64,000 bases of DNA from Bacillales bacterium UBA4278 (lineage in GTDB: Bacteria > Bacillota_I > Bacilli_A > RFN20 > CAG-826): NCBI GenBank assembly GCA_002395065.1, contig DGVS01000007.1:67981-131980 (forward strand), given 5' to 3'. The position numbers and the translations under genes were made by a program. Each line of letters starts with the position of its first letter. Positions within the stretch are counted from its first letter, which is position 1. Below the pieces are notes generated by a model that had not been told where the DNA came from, did no database searches, and saw only the letters and a list, made by a program, of their open reading frames with translations. Below, in pieces: positions 9,771 to 19,704 of the stretch.

Positions 9771-10775
9771 ATGAACAAAGAAATACTCGAAAAAGGTAAA
9801 GAGCTTTATAATGCTAAAGAATATTACGAATGTGCGAAGTATCTTTTACAGTGTCTCGATACTAACGATGTAGAAGCAATGCACATGATTGCGATCATTT
9901 ATTACCATGGTTTTGGAACCGAAACTGACCGAATCGAAGCACTCAAATGGTATTTAAAAGCTGCTGTCGCAGGTAACTACAAGTCTCAATATAACCTCGG
10001 TGTCATTTATGACAAAGGCGAGTGTGATGTCGAAAAAAACTATGAAAGAGCCCACCAGTGGTTTTTAAAATCTGCTGAGCAAGGTTTTCCAAAAGCGATG
10101 AACCAAGTTGGTTGGTCTTACGAGTACGGAAGAGGAGTCGAAAAGGACTTTAAGGAAGCTGCTAAGTGGTACAAAAAAGGTGCTGAACTTGGTGATAAAT
10201 TTGCACAATTCAATCTCGCAGGTCTTTATTATGATGGTCGCGGTGTAGAACAAAACAAAGAAGAAGCATTTCAATGGTTTTTAAAATCTGCTGAGCAAGG
10301 TTATACTCCGGCTCAAGTCAAAGTCGCTAAACTTTATGAAAATGGCGAAGGTGTTAACAAAAATCCAGAACAAGTTTTCCAATGGTATAAAAAAGCAGCT
10401 GAAAATGAAGATGACGAAGGCATGGTAAATCTCGCTAGTTGTTACTATAGCGGATATGGTGTAAAACAAAGCCATGAAGAGGCCGCTAAGTGGTATCTCA
10501 GAGCCGCAACATATGAGAATAATCTTGCTGAATATAACTTAGCCATCCTTTATATTAAAGGAGAAGGAGTTCCCCAAAACTTTGATAAAGGAGTCTATTG
10601 GATGGAAATGGCTGCCGAACATGGTCGCGCCAGCGCCCAATATTACCTTGGTACTTTTTATGAAGATGGTAAATTCGGTGTTCGGCAGGATATAAAGAAA
10701 GCTTATTATTGGTTTAAGAAAGCTTCCTTACAGGGTCACGAAAAAGCTAAAGGCAAGATGTCTATTTGGCAATAA
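9771..10775 (+). CDS. Sel1-repeat (TPR-like) protein
   Basis: Eight or more about 36-aa repeats with A..W(Y/F).KAAEQG.. / A.YNLG..Y..G.GV..D consensus. Confidence 0.8.
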   Translation: MNKEILEKGKELYNAKEYYECAKYLLQCLDTNDVEAMHMIAIIYYHGFGTETDRIEALKWYLKAAVAGNYKSQYNLGVIYDKGECDVEKNYERAHQWFLKSAEQGFPKAMNQVGWSYEYGRGVEKDFKEAAKWYKKGAELGDKFAQFNLAGLYYDGRGVEQNKEEAFQWFLKSAEQGYTPAQVKVAKLYENGEGVNKNPEQVFQWYKKAAENEDDEGMVNLASCYYSGYGVKQSHEEAAKWYLRAATYENNLAEYNLAILYIKGEGVPQNFDKGVYWMEMAAEHGRASAQYYLGTFYEDGKFGVRQDIKKAYYWFKKASLQGHEKAKGKMSIWQ

Positions 10776-10792
10776 ATTCAAGAGGAACTGAT

Positions 10793-11479
10793 ATGAAAAA
10801 GAATCTAAAAATCTCTCTCATTTTAAATAGTGTTATTGTTTTCTTATTCTTATTTGGAATGATTACTTCCTTATTAAATTGGCAGTGGATGGGCATTAAT
10901 GGAAACCTTACACCTCAAACTGATAATTTCCTCTGGTTCTTTACAGTTGATAGCAACATCTTTTTAACTGTTGCTGCATTAATTCTAGTTATCTTTGATG
11001 TACTTATTCTTTTAAATAAAAGAAAAGATATTCCTCATTGGGTTTATGTGGTGAAATATGTCGCGACATGCACAACAACATTAACACTAATGACTGTCAT
11101 TTTATATCTAAGTCCATTACTCGGCTTAGATTTCTGGAAGTTATTCTTAAATAACAACCTATTCTTCCATCTTGTCTCTCCGGTGATCGGAATCGTTTCA
11201 TTAATCTTTTTTGAAGCAAAAGAAGAGATGAACTGGAAGGTATCATTCCTGTCTTTAGTTCCAATGGGTTTATATTCCATCTTCTATATCACTAATGTGT
11301 ACACCCATCTAAATAACGGACAAGTTGATCCAAAATATGACTTCTACTATTTCGCTTCAAAAGGAATCTTTATGACATGTGTGATGATTATTGTGATGCT
11401 AGCAATAACTTATGGTTCAGCAATTGGTCTATATTACCTACGCGAAATTAGAAGAAAGAAACCTTCTCAAAATAAGTAA
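10793..11479 (+). CDS. Integral membrane protein, function unknown
   Basis: RBS AGGAA before ATG at 10793; six or more TM helices. Confidence 0.5.
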   Translation: MKKNLKISLILNSVIVFLFLFGMITSLLNWQWMGINGNLTPQTDNFLWFFTVDSNIFLTVAALILVIFDVLILLNKRKDIPHWVYVVKYVATCTTTLTLMTVILYLSPLLGLDFWKLFLNNNLFFHLVSPVIGIVSLIFFEAKEEMNWKVSFLSLVPMGLYSIFYITNVYTHLNNGQVDPKYDFYYFASKGIFMTCVMIIVMLAITYGSAIGLYYLREIRRKKPSQNK

Positions 11480-11502
11480 AATCCCCAGCAATTTACGAAA
11501 AA

Positions 11503-11527
11503 GAACCAGCAATTCCTGGTTCTTTTC
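11503..11527. terminator. Bidirectional terminator GAACCAG-CAATTC-CTGGTTC between convergent genes
   Basis: Perfect 7-bp inverted repeat flanked by A-run and T-run. Confidence 0.65.
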
Positions 11528-11540
11528 GTTTATTCAAATC

Positions 11541-12251
11541 TTATAAGAAGAACAGCGAGAACGCGATTAAATACTGTGCTACATAATAAGTCACAGCATT
11601 TAAAATCAAATCGATTGGTCGATCTTTTCCAACTGCAAAATATGTTCCAGATAGAATAAGATCAGAAATGACAAAGAAGAGAGCTGCTCCTAAAAGAACA
11701 AATAATGTGGTGGAGCTAAATCCATTTAGGATGTTTAATGAAACAACTAAAGCAGCAAAACTGAACAAGAAACAACCATAAATAAAGACGACAAGTCGAT
11801 ATTCGCCGAAGTTAAACTTCATTGGTTTTTCTAAAACAAGGTTTCCAACACTCATTAAGATTCCAATAACAATAGGAAGAATAATGTAGAGAATACTTTC
11901 CCCATGATAAAACTCCATCATGAGTCCGCTCATATAAAAAATATGACCAACCATGAACGCGATAAATCCAGCATAAGTAAAATGCCTTTCATAATCACGT
12001 TTCACGTATTTAAGTTCAAGTAGGACATCTCCTACTAATCCACAAATCAAACCAAATAAAACAAATAATGGGAGATTTGTGGATGATTTTGTTACTAATG
12101 AAACTGTTGCAACAGCAATAAAGAAGAGCGAAGCAACTGATTTAATAAGAGTTTCTTTTAAGCAATACCCTTTTAATTTCTCGAGTAAGAAAAATCCAAG
12201 GAAGAACATCCCTAATGTAATAAAGAGGATTACTAAGATTAATGGAATCAT
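11541..12251 (-). CDS. Polytopic membrane protein (possibly YhhN/lysoplasmalogenase-like)
   Basis: Eight TM-like segments; family assignment only from overall shape. Confidence 0.4.
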   Translation of the reverse strand: MIPLILVILFITLGMFFLGFFLLEKLKGYCLKETLIKSVASLFFIAVATVSLVTKSSTNLPLFVLFGLICGLVGDVLLELKYVKRDYERHFTYAGFIAFMVGHIFYMSGLMMEFYHGESILYIILPIVIGILMSVGNLVLEKPMKFNFGEYRLVVFIYGCFLFSFAALVVSLNILNGFSSTTLFVLLGAALFFVISDLILSGTYFAVGKDRPIDLILNAVTYYVAQYLIAFSLFFL

Positions 12252-12261
12252 TGCTTTTCTC

Positions 12262-13668
12262 CTATTTTAAGAATTTGGCAAACATCTTCTTTTTCTTTGG
12301 CGTATATGGATGCTCTCTTAATGAGAGATTAAAATGTGTTTTTCCGAATAAAACGGTGGATGGATGAGTAAATTCTCTAAATCCCCATTCCCCGTGATAT
12401 GCACCTATTCCTGAGTGTCCAGTTCCATTAAATGGAACACCTTTTACCATGAGGTGAAGACAAACTTCATTAATACAGCCTCCTCCATATTGTTGAGTGG
12501 ACATTACTTTCTTCGCCCATTTCTTATTCTTAGTAAAGACATAGAAGGCCAAACCATGTTCTCTTCTTTGAATCACATCTAGAAGTTCATCAACTTTATC
12601 ATCATCGTATTTAACGATTGGAAGTAGTGGTCCAAAGATCTCATGTTGAACAATTGGTTCATGAATATCAACTGGATAAATGAGAGTGGTAGAATACTTA
12701 CAAGTATTAATATCGCCTTCTCCACCAAAAACAATTCGATCGCGATATTCTTCTGCTTCATCACGAATCTTTTCATATGCTCGTTGAGCAATTAATTTCG
12801 GATATTCTTCATTTAAATAAGGTTTTTCACCAATTTGCTTAATAATTGCTTTCTTTAATTCTTCCACAAATTCATCAGCAATCTCACTTGCGACAGCAAC
12901 TTGATTGATGTTGATACAGATTTGTCCAGAATTACAAATCTTAAAGAAAGCAATCTTTCGCGCCGCATCTTTAATGTTCGCGTCTTTTCTAATCACGCAC
13001 CAGTTCCCGGTTTCCCCACCTAATTCAAGAGTAACTGGGATGAGATTCTTTGACGCCATCTCCATGACGTGTTTTCCAACATTTGGTGAACCAGTGTAGA
13101 AGATCTTATCGACTCTTTCTTCTAAACAGAAATCGGCGACATCATGACCTCCATCAATGACGACAACATAATTGTCTGGGAATGTTTCTGAGATAATTTC
13201 TTTTAAAGCTTCTGTACACGCTTTCGATTTTGAACTTGTTTTAATTAATGCGGTGTTTCCTCCAGCAATTGATGCTGCTAACACACCCATCGAAAGAAGA
13301 ATAGGAAAGTTAAACGGTGAGATAATTAAAGAAACACCATAAGGTATCTTAAAAACTTTGGTGGTTAATGATGGAAAGCACGCTAACCCAGAGAAATGCC
13401 TTTCTGGTTTGGCCCATCTTTTTAATCCATGGATACATTCATTAATTTCCATCACGACATCGCCAATGTCGCAGAAGAAAGCTTCGGTATCACTTCGACC
13501 TAAGTCTTCATATAAAGCTTTCTCGAGTTTTTCTCTATTTTTAATGATTGCTTCTTTTAATTTAACGAGTTGTTCTTTTCTCCATTTAATATCAAGAGTT
13601 TGATTGGATAAGAAAAACTCATGTTGTCTTTCCACGATGGAGTGGATCTCATCTTTGGTGTATGACAT
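12262..13668 (-). CDS. NAD(P)-dependent aldehyde dehydrogenase (ALDH class 3-like)
   Basis: 468 aa; ALDH catalytic region with ELGG and C-containing NSGQIC motif. Confidence 0.85.
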   Translation of the reverse strand: MSYTKDEIHSIVERQHEFFLSNQTLDIKWRKEQLVKLKEAIIKNREKLEKALYEDLGRSDTEAFFCDIGDVVMEINECIHGLKRWAKPERHFSGLACFPSLTTKVFKIPYGVSLIISPFNFPILLSMGVLAASIAGGNTALIKTSSKSKACTEALKEIISETFPDNYVVVIDGGHDVADFCLEERVDKIFYTGSPNVGKHVMEMASKNLIPVTLELGGETGNWCVIRKDANIKDAARKIAFFKICNSGQICININQVAVASEIADEFVEELKKAIIKQIGEKPYLNEEYPKLIAQRAYEKIRDEAEEYRDRIVFGGEGDINTCKYSTTLIYPVDIHEPIVQHEIFGPLLPIVKYDDDKVDELLDVIQRREHGLAFYVFTKNKKWAKKVMSTQQYGGGCINEVCLHLMVKGVPFNGTGHSGIGAYHGEWGFREFTHPSTVLFGKTHFNLSLREHPYTPKKKKMFAKFLK

Positions 13669-13732
13669 ATAAATGTCTCCTTAAAATAATTATAAAACAT
13701 CATTTAAAAATGTGTTAAGAAGCTATTCGAAT

Positions 13733-13805
13733 AAATTGTGTCACAAGCTGTGACCCAATTCCTTCTATTTTCGAAATAAATTAGGACACAACCTGTGCCC
13801 CAATT
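13733..13805. promoter_or_regulatory. Two about 28-bp direct repeats (AAATTgtGtCACAAGCTGTGaCCCAATT / AAATTAGGACACAACCTGTGCCCCAATT), each with internal dyad, in the divergent ALDH / XRE-regulator intergenic region
   Basis: Seen directly; repeats 13733-13760 and 13778-13805. Confidence 0.4.
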
Positions 13806-14010
13806 GTATTCTTAAGAGTGCCAAATTTATTTGGCAATTCTTTTTTATAATAATTTTAAACATAATGATTAATCTTGGTTTTGTATTTGCGTTTTCGTTA
13901 AAATAATATTAAAAAGAAACCAATAGTTGCGGAAATTCTAACTACAGTTGGTAGAGCAACCAAAACTAAATTTGTTAAATTAGTCTCGTAATCAAGGAGG
14001 TCGAAATAAA

Positions 14011-14733
14011 ATGACTATTGAAATCGCTGATCGACTAATTAAATTAAGAAAGAAATACGGGTACTCGCAAGAAGAACTCGCTGATAAACTCGGATTAAGT
14101 AGACAAGCCGTCTCTAAATGGGAAAGAGCTGAAGCAAGCCCAGATACAGATAACCTTATTTGTCTAGCTAAACTATATGGAGTCTCTTTAGATGAACTTC
14201 TAAACACAGATGACTCAGTAGAAAAGATTGTTGAAGAACAAGTTAAACCTCAACAAGAATCAAAGAAAGAAGGAATCCACATCGTTGATGATGAAGGTAA
14301 TGAAGTTCATATTGCAGATCATCACATCTATCTAAAGGATAAAGATGGAAAGAAAGTTGAGAAAAAGCACATTCTTGGAAAAGCTGAAAAAGTTAATATC
14401 TTGATCTCTTCAATCTTGGGAGGTCTTGCGTTAATCACCTACATTTTCTTAGGAGTATTACTTGGAATGTGGTGGAACGCCTGGGTGGTCTTCTTTGTTC
14501 CAGAAATCATTGCCTCAATCGTTCGCTGCATTCAACATAAGAATGCGAACAAATTCAATATGGCGTTTACTGCTTGCTTTGTCTTCTTCTTTGTTTGTAT
14601 GGTTGCTCCAGGCGGATTATGGCATCCAATGTGGGTTGTTTTCTTAGCCATCCCTGTTTACCACTCCATCTGCGGATCAATTAACAAAGTCTTAGGCAAA
14701 AAGGACGAAGACGAAGAATACGAAAAAGAATAG
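14011..14733 (+). CDS. XRE-family HTH transcriptional regulator with C-terminal membrane domain
   Basis: N-terminal LIKLRKKYGYSQEELADKLGLSRQAVSKWE HTH_3 motif; three C-terminal TM helices. Confidence 0.75.
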   Translation: MTIEIADRLIKLRKKYGYSQEELADKLGLSRQAVSKWERAEASPDTDNLICLAKLYGVSLDELLNTDDSVEKIVEEQVKPQQESKKEGIHIVDDEGNEVHIADHHIYLKDKDGKKVEKKHILGKAEKVNILISSILGGLALITYIFLGVLLGMWWNAWVVFFVPEIIASIVRCIQHKNANKFNMAFTACFVFFFVCMVAPGGLWHPMWVVFLAIPVYHSICGSINKVLGKKDEDEEYEKE

Positions 14734-14756
14734 ATAAATCCTTTCCAAAATAAAAA

Positions 14757-14790
14757 TTCACCCGTAAATTGCTGGTGAATTTTTATTTTT
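14757..14790 (+). terminator. Terminator TTCACC-loop-GGTGAA + T-run (loop CGTAAATTGCT)
   Basis: Inverted repeat followed by TTTTTATTTTT. Confidence 0.6.
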
Positions 14791-14801
14791 CTTTTTGTCA
14801 A

Positions 14802-15341
14802 TTAATGACTATGTTCGCCTTCATAACCTTCATCATCGAGGAAGACATAACCAGTACCTGGAAGATAGGTGAGTAAAATTATGACAGCTGTAACAACAAC
14901 CGCAAGAGCGATTAAGTAATATTTGGCTCTTTTAACAATCTCAAGTTTAGCAATATCAAAGGCTAGTAAGGCACAAAAAATCATCACCATCATGAATGTG
15001 ATAATGTCGACAAATAGGACGCTGTGAAGTGTGAAACTTTGATAAATGGTGAAGATACCAATCATTAAAGGAATGGAAAGCGTTCCTCCAATGACAAAGC
15101 CTCCGAAGTAGCCCCAGTCTTTCTTTTTACAAGCTAAGATGATGCCGGCAACCAAGAATGGATACCAAAGCATCTTCATGTGTTCCCAGCTTGTCTCATT
15201 AACTGGGAAGATGACTCCAAGAATCTTTTTCGCGATCTCACTATTAAAAATATCCGTCACGAAATGCATACATGTTCCGATGACAATCATCAGTGTAATT
15301 GTGACGATTTGTGTGAGGTGATCTTTAAACCATTGTTTCAT
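14802..15341 (-). CDS. Integral membrane protein, function unknown
   Basis: GGAGG RBS before ATG at 15341; about 5 TM helices. Confidence 0.5.
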   Translation of the reverse strand: MKQWFKDHLTQIVTITLMIVIGTCMHFVTDIFNSEIAKKILGVIFPVNETSWEHMKMLWYPFLVAGIILACKKKDWGYFGGFVIGGTLSIPLMIGIFTIYQSFTLHSVLFVDIITFMMVMIFCALLAFDIAKLEIVKRAKYYLIALAVVVTAVIILLTYLPGTGYVFLDDEGYEGEHSH

Positions 15342-15429
15342 AAAATACCTCCGAAACCCCATTAGGCGAGGTTTATAAGATTAATTATATATAGGAAATA
15401 CGTTAGATATAACTAACTTTTGTATTTAT

Positions 15430-15444
15430 ATCTACATTGTAGAT
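15430..15444. promoter_or_regulatory. Perfect 15-bp palindrome ATCTACATTGTAGAT upstream of a TTACGA-17-TATAAT promoter of the nuclease gene
   Basis: Seen directly; promoter hexamers at about 15474-15502. Confidence 0.35.
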
Positions 15445-15564
15445 AAAAAAATATTTTAATTTTCTCTTACGAGCGCACGCTATTTTTCTTATAATGTATT
15501 TTCAATTACTAAAAGTTGTTTCTTGGTGATTGATAAAAGAGAAAAAATTTCCGGGTCTCTCACT

Positions 15565-18500
15565 ATGAAAACAAAACTCTCCCTCGTATTAGCCTCATTA
15601 GCGATGGCTTTTTCTGTTGGCGCAGGTGCTGCTTCCACAAATAAAAAAGTCGAGCAAGCGGAGGCTGCTACATATTCACAAACAGTTGACCAATATTATT
15701 CAACGTCTCAACAATCCGGGGATGCAGCTATTGATTGGAATCAAACTGGAGCAACATTAAAAACTTCTCTTTTTAAAAAAATTAAGATTACAACTGCTGG
15801 TTGGTCCTACGATGGTCTTTGGGAAGCATACAAAAAAACAGACGTTCGTCCTGATGGAACACATTTCTGGGATATCTATTCTGATTCCACAGATTACACA
15901 TTAAATGATAATAGAATTAATGCTTCTTATAAGAAAGAAGGCGATTCAATTAACCGTGAACACGTGATTCCTCAGTCCACATTTAATGAAGCTGCTCCAA
16001 TGAAGAGTGACATTCATCATGTTTTACCATCCGATGGTTACGTGAATAACCGTCGTTCAGCTTATCCGCACGGTATTGTTACTGGTTCACCAACTTACAC
16101 ATCAAACGATGGATGTAAATTAGGTTCGGGAACTGGTAGTACAACAGTTTTTGAACCAATGGATAACTACAAAGGCGATATTGCTCGTATCTATTTTTAC
16201 TTTGTAACTTGTTATCAAGACAAAATGTCGAGCAATTCTTTTAGTGCCTTCGATAAATCAACTCACCCATCAATTAAAACGGCTTATTTAAATGTCTACT
16301 TGCAATGGGCAAAGGATGACCCTGTTTCCCAAAAAGAAATTGATCGAAATAATGCCGCGTATGCTGGACAAGGTAATAGAAACCCATTCATTGATTGTCC
16401 ATATGCTGTTGGTGCGATTTGGGATTCAACCCATGCAACTGATTACGGTAACAAAGGCGAATATACATCAGGGACTGGTGTATCAATTAGCAAAACCTCT
16501 GCATCCATGATTAGTGGTGGAACAACAACCATTAGCGCCACATCAACAGAAGGCGGAACAATTAATTGGACAACATCCAATAGCAGCGTTGTTTCTTTAA
16601 GTTCATCCACATCATCTAGTGGAAACAGTATTACTTTAACTGCTGGATCAGCTGGTTCAGCAACAATCACTGCAAGTCAAACAATCAGTGGAACAACATA
16701 TTCAAAGACTTGTTCTGTTACTGTTTCAGCAACAAAACAAGTTACCTCAATTGCAATTAGTGGACAGAAAACGTCTTATGCAGTCGATGATACATTTGTT
16801 AAACCAACTGTAACTGCGACATATAATGACGGAACGCAAGCTACAGTTACTTCTGATGCAACATGCTCTGGCTACAATATGTCGATCGCTGGAAATTACA
16901 CAGTAACTGTTTCTTATAGTTATGGTGGAGCAACCAAAACTACAACATATGAAATTACCGTTTCTTCCTCTGGCGGAGGTTCAGGGGGTATTGATGATTA
17001 TACAATCTCAACAACTCCATTAACTTCTAGCGGAATCACAAACAATATGCTTGTTGTTTGGGGTACATCAACTTCTAATCTTGCAAGTAGTATTGGAAGT
17101 AACTGGGTGTATCTTTCTGCGGTTGGCGATGACACAATGATTTTTGTTGTCGAGGGAACATCAAGCGGCTTTAAATTAAAATATACCTCAGATAATACAT
17201 ATGTCGCATCATCTGGAGCAAAGAAAGTTGAATTAAATAGCACTGGAACCACATTTACTTTAAATAGCAATAAATGTGTTTATAATTCCACGTCTGGAGC
17301 TTTTGTTTATAACACAAGTGGTTTGCGACCATATGCTTCTGGTTCATATACTAATGCATATTTATATGCATTAACACCAAATAAAACTCTTTCTGAAATT
17401 GACGTTTACACATTCCCAACCAAAGTGTCGTACACCATTGGTGAATATTTTGACCCAACCGGACTAGTAATTACTAGAACATACTCTGATTCGTCATCCG
17501 ATACCTATTCTTATGCTGGACATACATCAGAGTTTACTTTTGATCCTTCAACTTCCACGCCTCTTGCGAGTGGAATGGAAACTGTAGAAGTTACATATGG
17601 TGGTCAATCTTGCTCCTTTGAAATTGAATTGACTGCCGCAAAAGAATTGTCATCTATTTCTATATCCGGATATACAACTGCTTTTGTAGAAGGTGATACA
17701 TTTGCCTTTGGCGGCACAGTTACTGCTCATTACGCTGATGCTTCAACAGAAAACGTTACAAGTACAGCTACATTTAGCGGTTATGATATGACAACAGTTG
17801 GCAATCAAACTGTTGCTGTCACTTATCAAGGCGAATCTGCAACATATCAAATTGCAGTTTCTGCAGGAACATTAAACTCGATTACTGTTAGCGGTCAGAC
17901 AACTACATATACAAAAAATGCTGCATTCTCCTTTGATGGAATATGTACAGCAACATTCGCGAATGGCTATCAAAAGGAAGTCACCCCAACCAGTGTTACT
18001 TCTCCCGATATGACAACAGCCGGAAACAAAACAATCATAGTTTCCTATACATATAACGGAAACACGAGAACAACCTCCTATGATATTTCTGTTAATTCAT
18101 ATCGAACAGTTATGGAAGAAAGCTATTCTCTTATTGGCACAATAAGCTATACTTCTGGTTCTGAAGTAGTTTCCGTTAATACCCTTTCAACAAGTAAGAG
18201 CGGATATACGAATATCGAGAATGGTCCTGACACCAGCAATAAAGCGATACGATTGGGCTCTGGAAGTAATAAAGGCACACTAACTATTACCTCAACCACA
18301 TCAAACATTCGCAAAATTGTTGTAAATGCTCGTACCTACAACACTGACTCACCAGTTAATATGACAATTGGTGGTACATCAAATTCTTTAACAACGAGCT
18401 ATGCTGATTACACAAAGGAATATACAACTGCAACTAATTCATGTGCCATTGCAACAACCACAAATGGAAAACGCGCATGGATTAAATCTGTTACAGTTTA

Positions 18501-18915
18501 TACATATTCATCTCAAGATATTGGGCAAACCGAAGATTGTGTTGGCTTAGAAACATTCATTAACACTTATATGCACATGGATTACACTGAAAACCTCGGC
18601 TATTGCAGTGATAGTGAACATCATTATTATTCAACCGCTAAAGAGGCGTTCAATGGATTGAATTCACATCAACGTTCATTATTTACTGGTAACTCCGCCT
18701 ATACTACTGAATGGACTAGATTATCTACTTGGGCTTCTAAAAACGGAGATTCATTAAATAACAGTAATCAATTAGCTGCTGGAGCAAATCCAAACCCAGT
18801 TTCAATCATCGTTGGAAATAGTGGTAATATCGTTGCAATTATCACTGTGGTTGCATTGATCTCAGCTGCTTCAATTGGTGGATACTTCTTTCTAAAGAAG
18901 CGTAAAGAATTCTAA
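15565..18915 (+). CDS. Surface-anchored extracellular nuclease: signal peptide, endonuclease-I family domain, multiple Big_2 (Ig-like) domains, C-terminal TM anchor
   Basis: Endonuclease_1 motifs EHVIPQS, DIHHVLPSDGYVNNRRS, NRNPFID; repeated about 80-aa Ig-like modules; C-terminal IVAIITVVALISAASIGGYFFLKKRK. Start at ATG 15565 assumed. Confidence 0.75.
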   Translation: MKTKLSLVLASLAMAFSVGAGAASTNKKVEQAEAATYSQTVDQYYSTSQQSGDAAIDWNQTGATLKTSLFKKIKITTAGWSYDGLWEAYKKTDVRPDGTHFWDIYSDSTDYTLNDNRINASYKKEGDSINREHVIPQSTFNEAAPMKSDIHHVLPSDGYVNNRRSAYPHGIVTGSPTYTSNDGCKLGSGTGSTTVFEPMDNYKGDIARIYFYFVTCYQDKMSSNSFSAFDKSTHPSIKTAYLNVYLQWAKDDPVSQKEIDRNNAAYAGQGNRNPFIDCPYAVGAIWDSTHATDYGNKGEYTSGTGVSISKTSASMISGGTTTISATSTEGGTINWTTSNSSVVSLSSSTSSSGNSITLTAGSAGSATITASQTISGTTYSKTCSVTVSATKQVTSIAISGQKTSYAVDDTFVKPTVTATYNDGTQATVTSDATCSGYNMSIAGNYTVTVSYSYGGATKTTTYEITVSSSGGGSGGIDDYTISTTPLTSSGITNNMLVVWGTSTSNLASSIGSNWVYLSAVGDDTMIFVVEGTSSGFKLKYTSDNTYVASSGAKKVELNSTGTTFTLNSNKCVYNSTSGAFVYNTSGLRPYASGSYTNAYLYALTPNKTLSEIDVYTFPTKVSYTIGEYFDPTGLVITRTYSDSSSDTYSYAGHTSEFTFDPSTSTPLASGMETVEVTYGGQSCSFEIELTAAKELSSISISGYTTAFVEGDTFAFGGTVTAHYADASTENVTSTATFSGYDMTTVGNQTVAVTYQGESATYQIAVSAGTLNSITVSGQTTTYTKNAAFSFDGICTATFANGYQKEVTPTSVTSPDMTTAGNKTIIVSYTYNGNTRTTSYDISVNSYRTVMEESYSLIGTISYTSGSEVVSVNTLSTSKSGYTNIENGPDTSNKAIRLGSGSNKGTLTITSTTSNIRKIVVNARTYNTDSPVNMTIGGTSNSLTTSYADYTKEYTTATNSCAIATTTNGKRAWIKSVTVYTYSSQDIGQTEDCVGLETFINTYMHMDYTENLGYCSDSEHHYYSTAKEAFNGLNSHQRSLFTGNSAYTTEWTRLSTWASKNGDSLNNSNQLAAGANPNPVSIIVGNSGNIVAIITVVALISAASIGGYFFLKKRKEF

Positions 18916-18932
18916 TCAGTGTATGGATAATT

Positions 18933-18965
18933 AAAAAATCTCGTTAAAAATGGCGAGATTTTTTG
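18933..18965 (+). terminator. Terminator AAAAAATCTCG-loop-CGAGATTTTTTG
   Basis: Hairpin + T-run; near-identical copy at 19646-19680. Confidence 0.65.
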
Positions 18966-19050
18966 TTTCAAATTTTTCCATTTAGTATTGAATTATGGTA
19001 TAAAAATGGTATAATAAAGCCAGATTGAAGATGGAGAAACTGAAAGGAAA

Positions 19051-19332
19051 ATGAGTATGATACAAGCATTACCAAAGGTATTACCAGTAAATGAACTGAA
19101 GAATACCGCCAATATTATGAAGGTATGCCAAGAAACTGAAGGCCCTATTGTTATCACTAAAAATGGTTATGGAGCGGCTGTTATGATGAGCATTAAAGTT
19201 TATGAAGAAATGTTTGTTAAAATGAGAGCCGCAGCATTAATTAATGAAAGCCTTGATGATATTGACAATGGTGGTGAATTAATTGATGGCGAAAAATTCT
19301 TTAGTGAAATAAAAAGAAAACATGGAAGATAA
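19051..19332 (+). CDS. Type II antitoxin, Phd/YefM family
   Basis: 93 aa; VITKNGYGAAVMMSIKVYEEM core typical of Phd/YefM; overlaps the downstream toxin ORF. Confidence 0.8.
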   Translation: MSMIQALPKVLPVNELKNTANIMKVCQETEGPIVITKNGYGAAVMMSIKVYEEMFVKMRAAALINESLDDIDNGGELIDGEKFFSEIKRKHGR

Positions 19333-19632
19333 ATATTCATTTGTTATTTCACAACGTGCTAGAACTGATTTGGAAAACATTTATCAGTACATTTCAGAAG
19401 TTTTGTTAAACCCGAAAGCAGCAGATGATTTAATGGATCATTTTTCAAATCTTTTAAAAACATTTGCTCTTTCCCATATAGTTGTGAAGCAATTAACAAT
19501 GAATTTGTCAAAGATCATTCCATAAGAAAATTGTTGGTTAATAACTACATTGCTTTTTACCGAGTTAAAGATAAGCAAATTCAAATAGTTCGAATTCTAT
19601 TTGGCATGAGTGATTATCAAAAATTATTATAA
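19322..19632 (+). pseudogene. ParE/RelE-family toxin, frameshifted (T3 run at about 19469-19471; a T4 run would restore ...LLKTFALFPYSCEAINNEF...IAFYRVKDKQIQIVRILFGMSDYQKLL)
   Basis: ORF track stops at 19525, but the -1 frame continues with the conserved ParE C-terminus to the TAA at 19630-19632. Confidence 0.7.
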
Positions 19633-19645
19633 ATTGCTGGTTAAT

Positions 19646-19680
19646 TAAAAAATCTCGTCAATTCGGCGAGATTTTTTGTA
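19646..19680 (+). terminator. Terminator AAAAAATCTCG-loop-CGAGATTTTTTG (second copy)
   Basis: Same stem as 18933-18965 with a different loop. Confidence 0.65.
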
Positions 19681-19704
19681 TTTAACCAAGAATTGCTGGA
19701 TATT

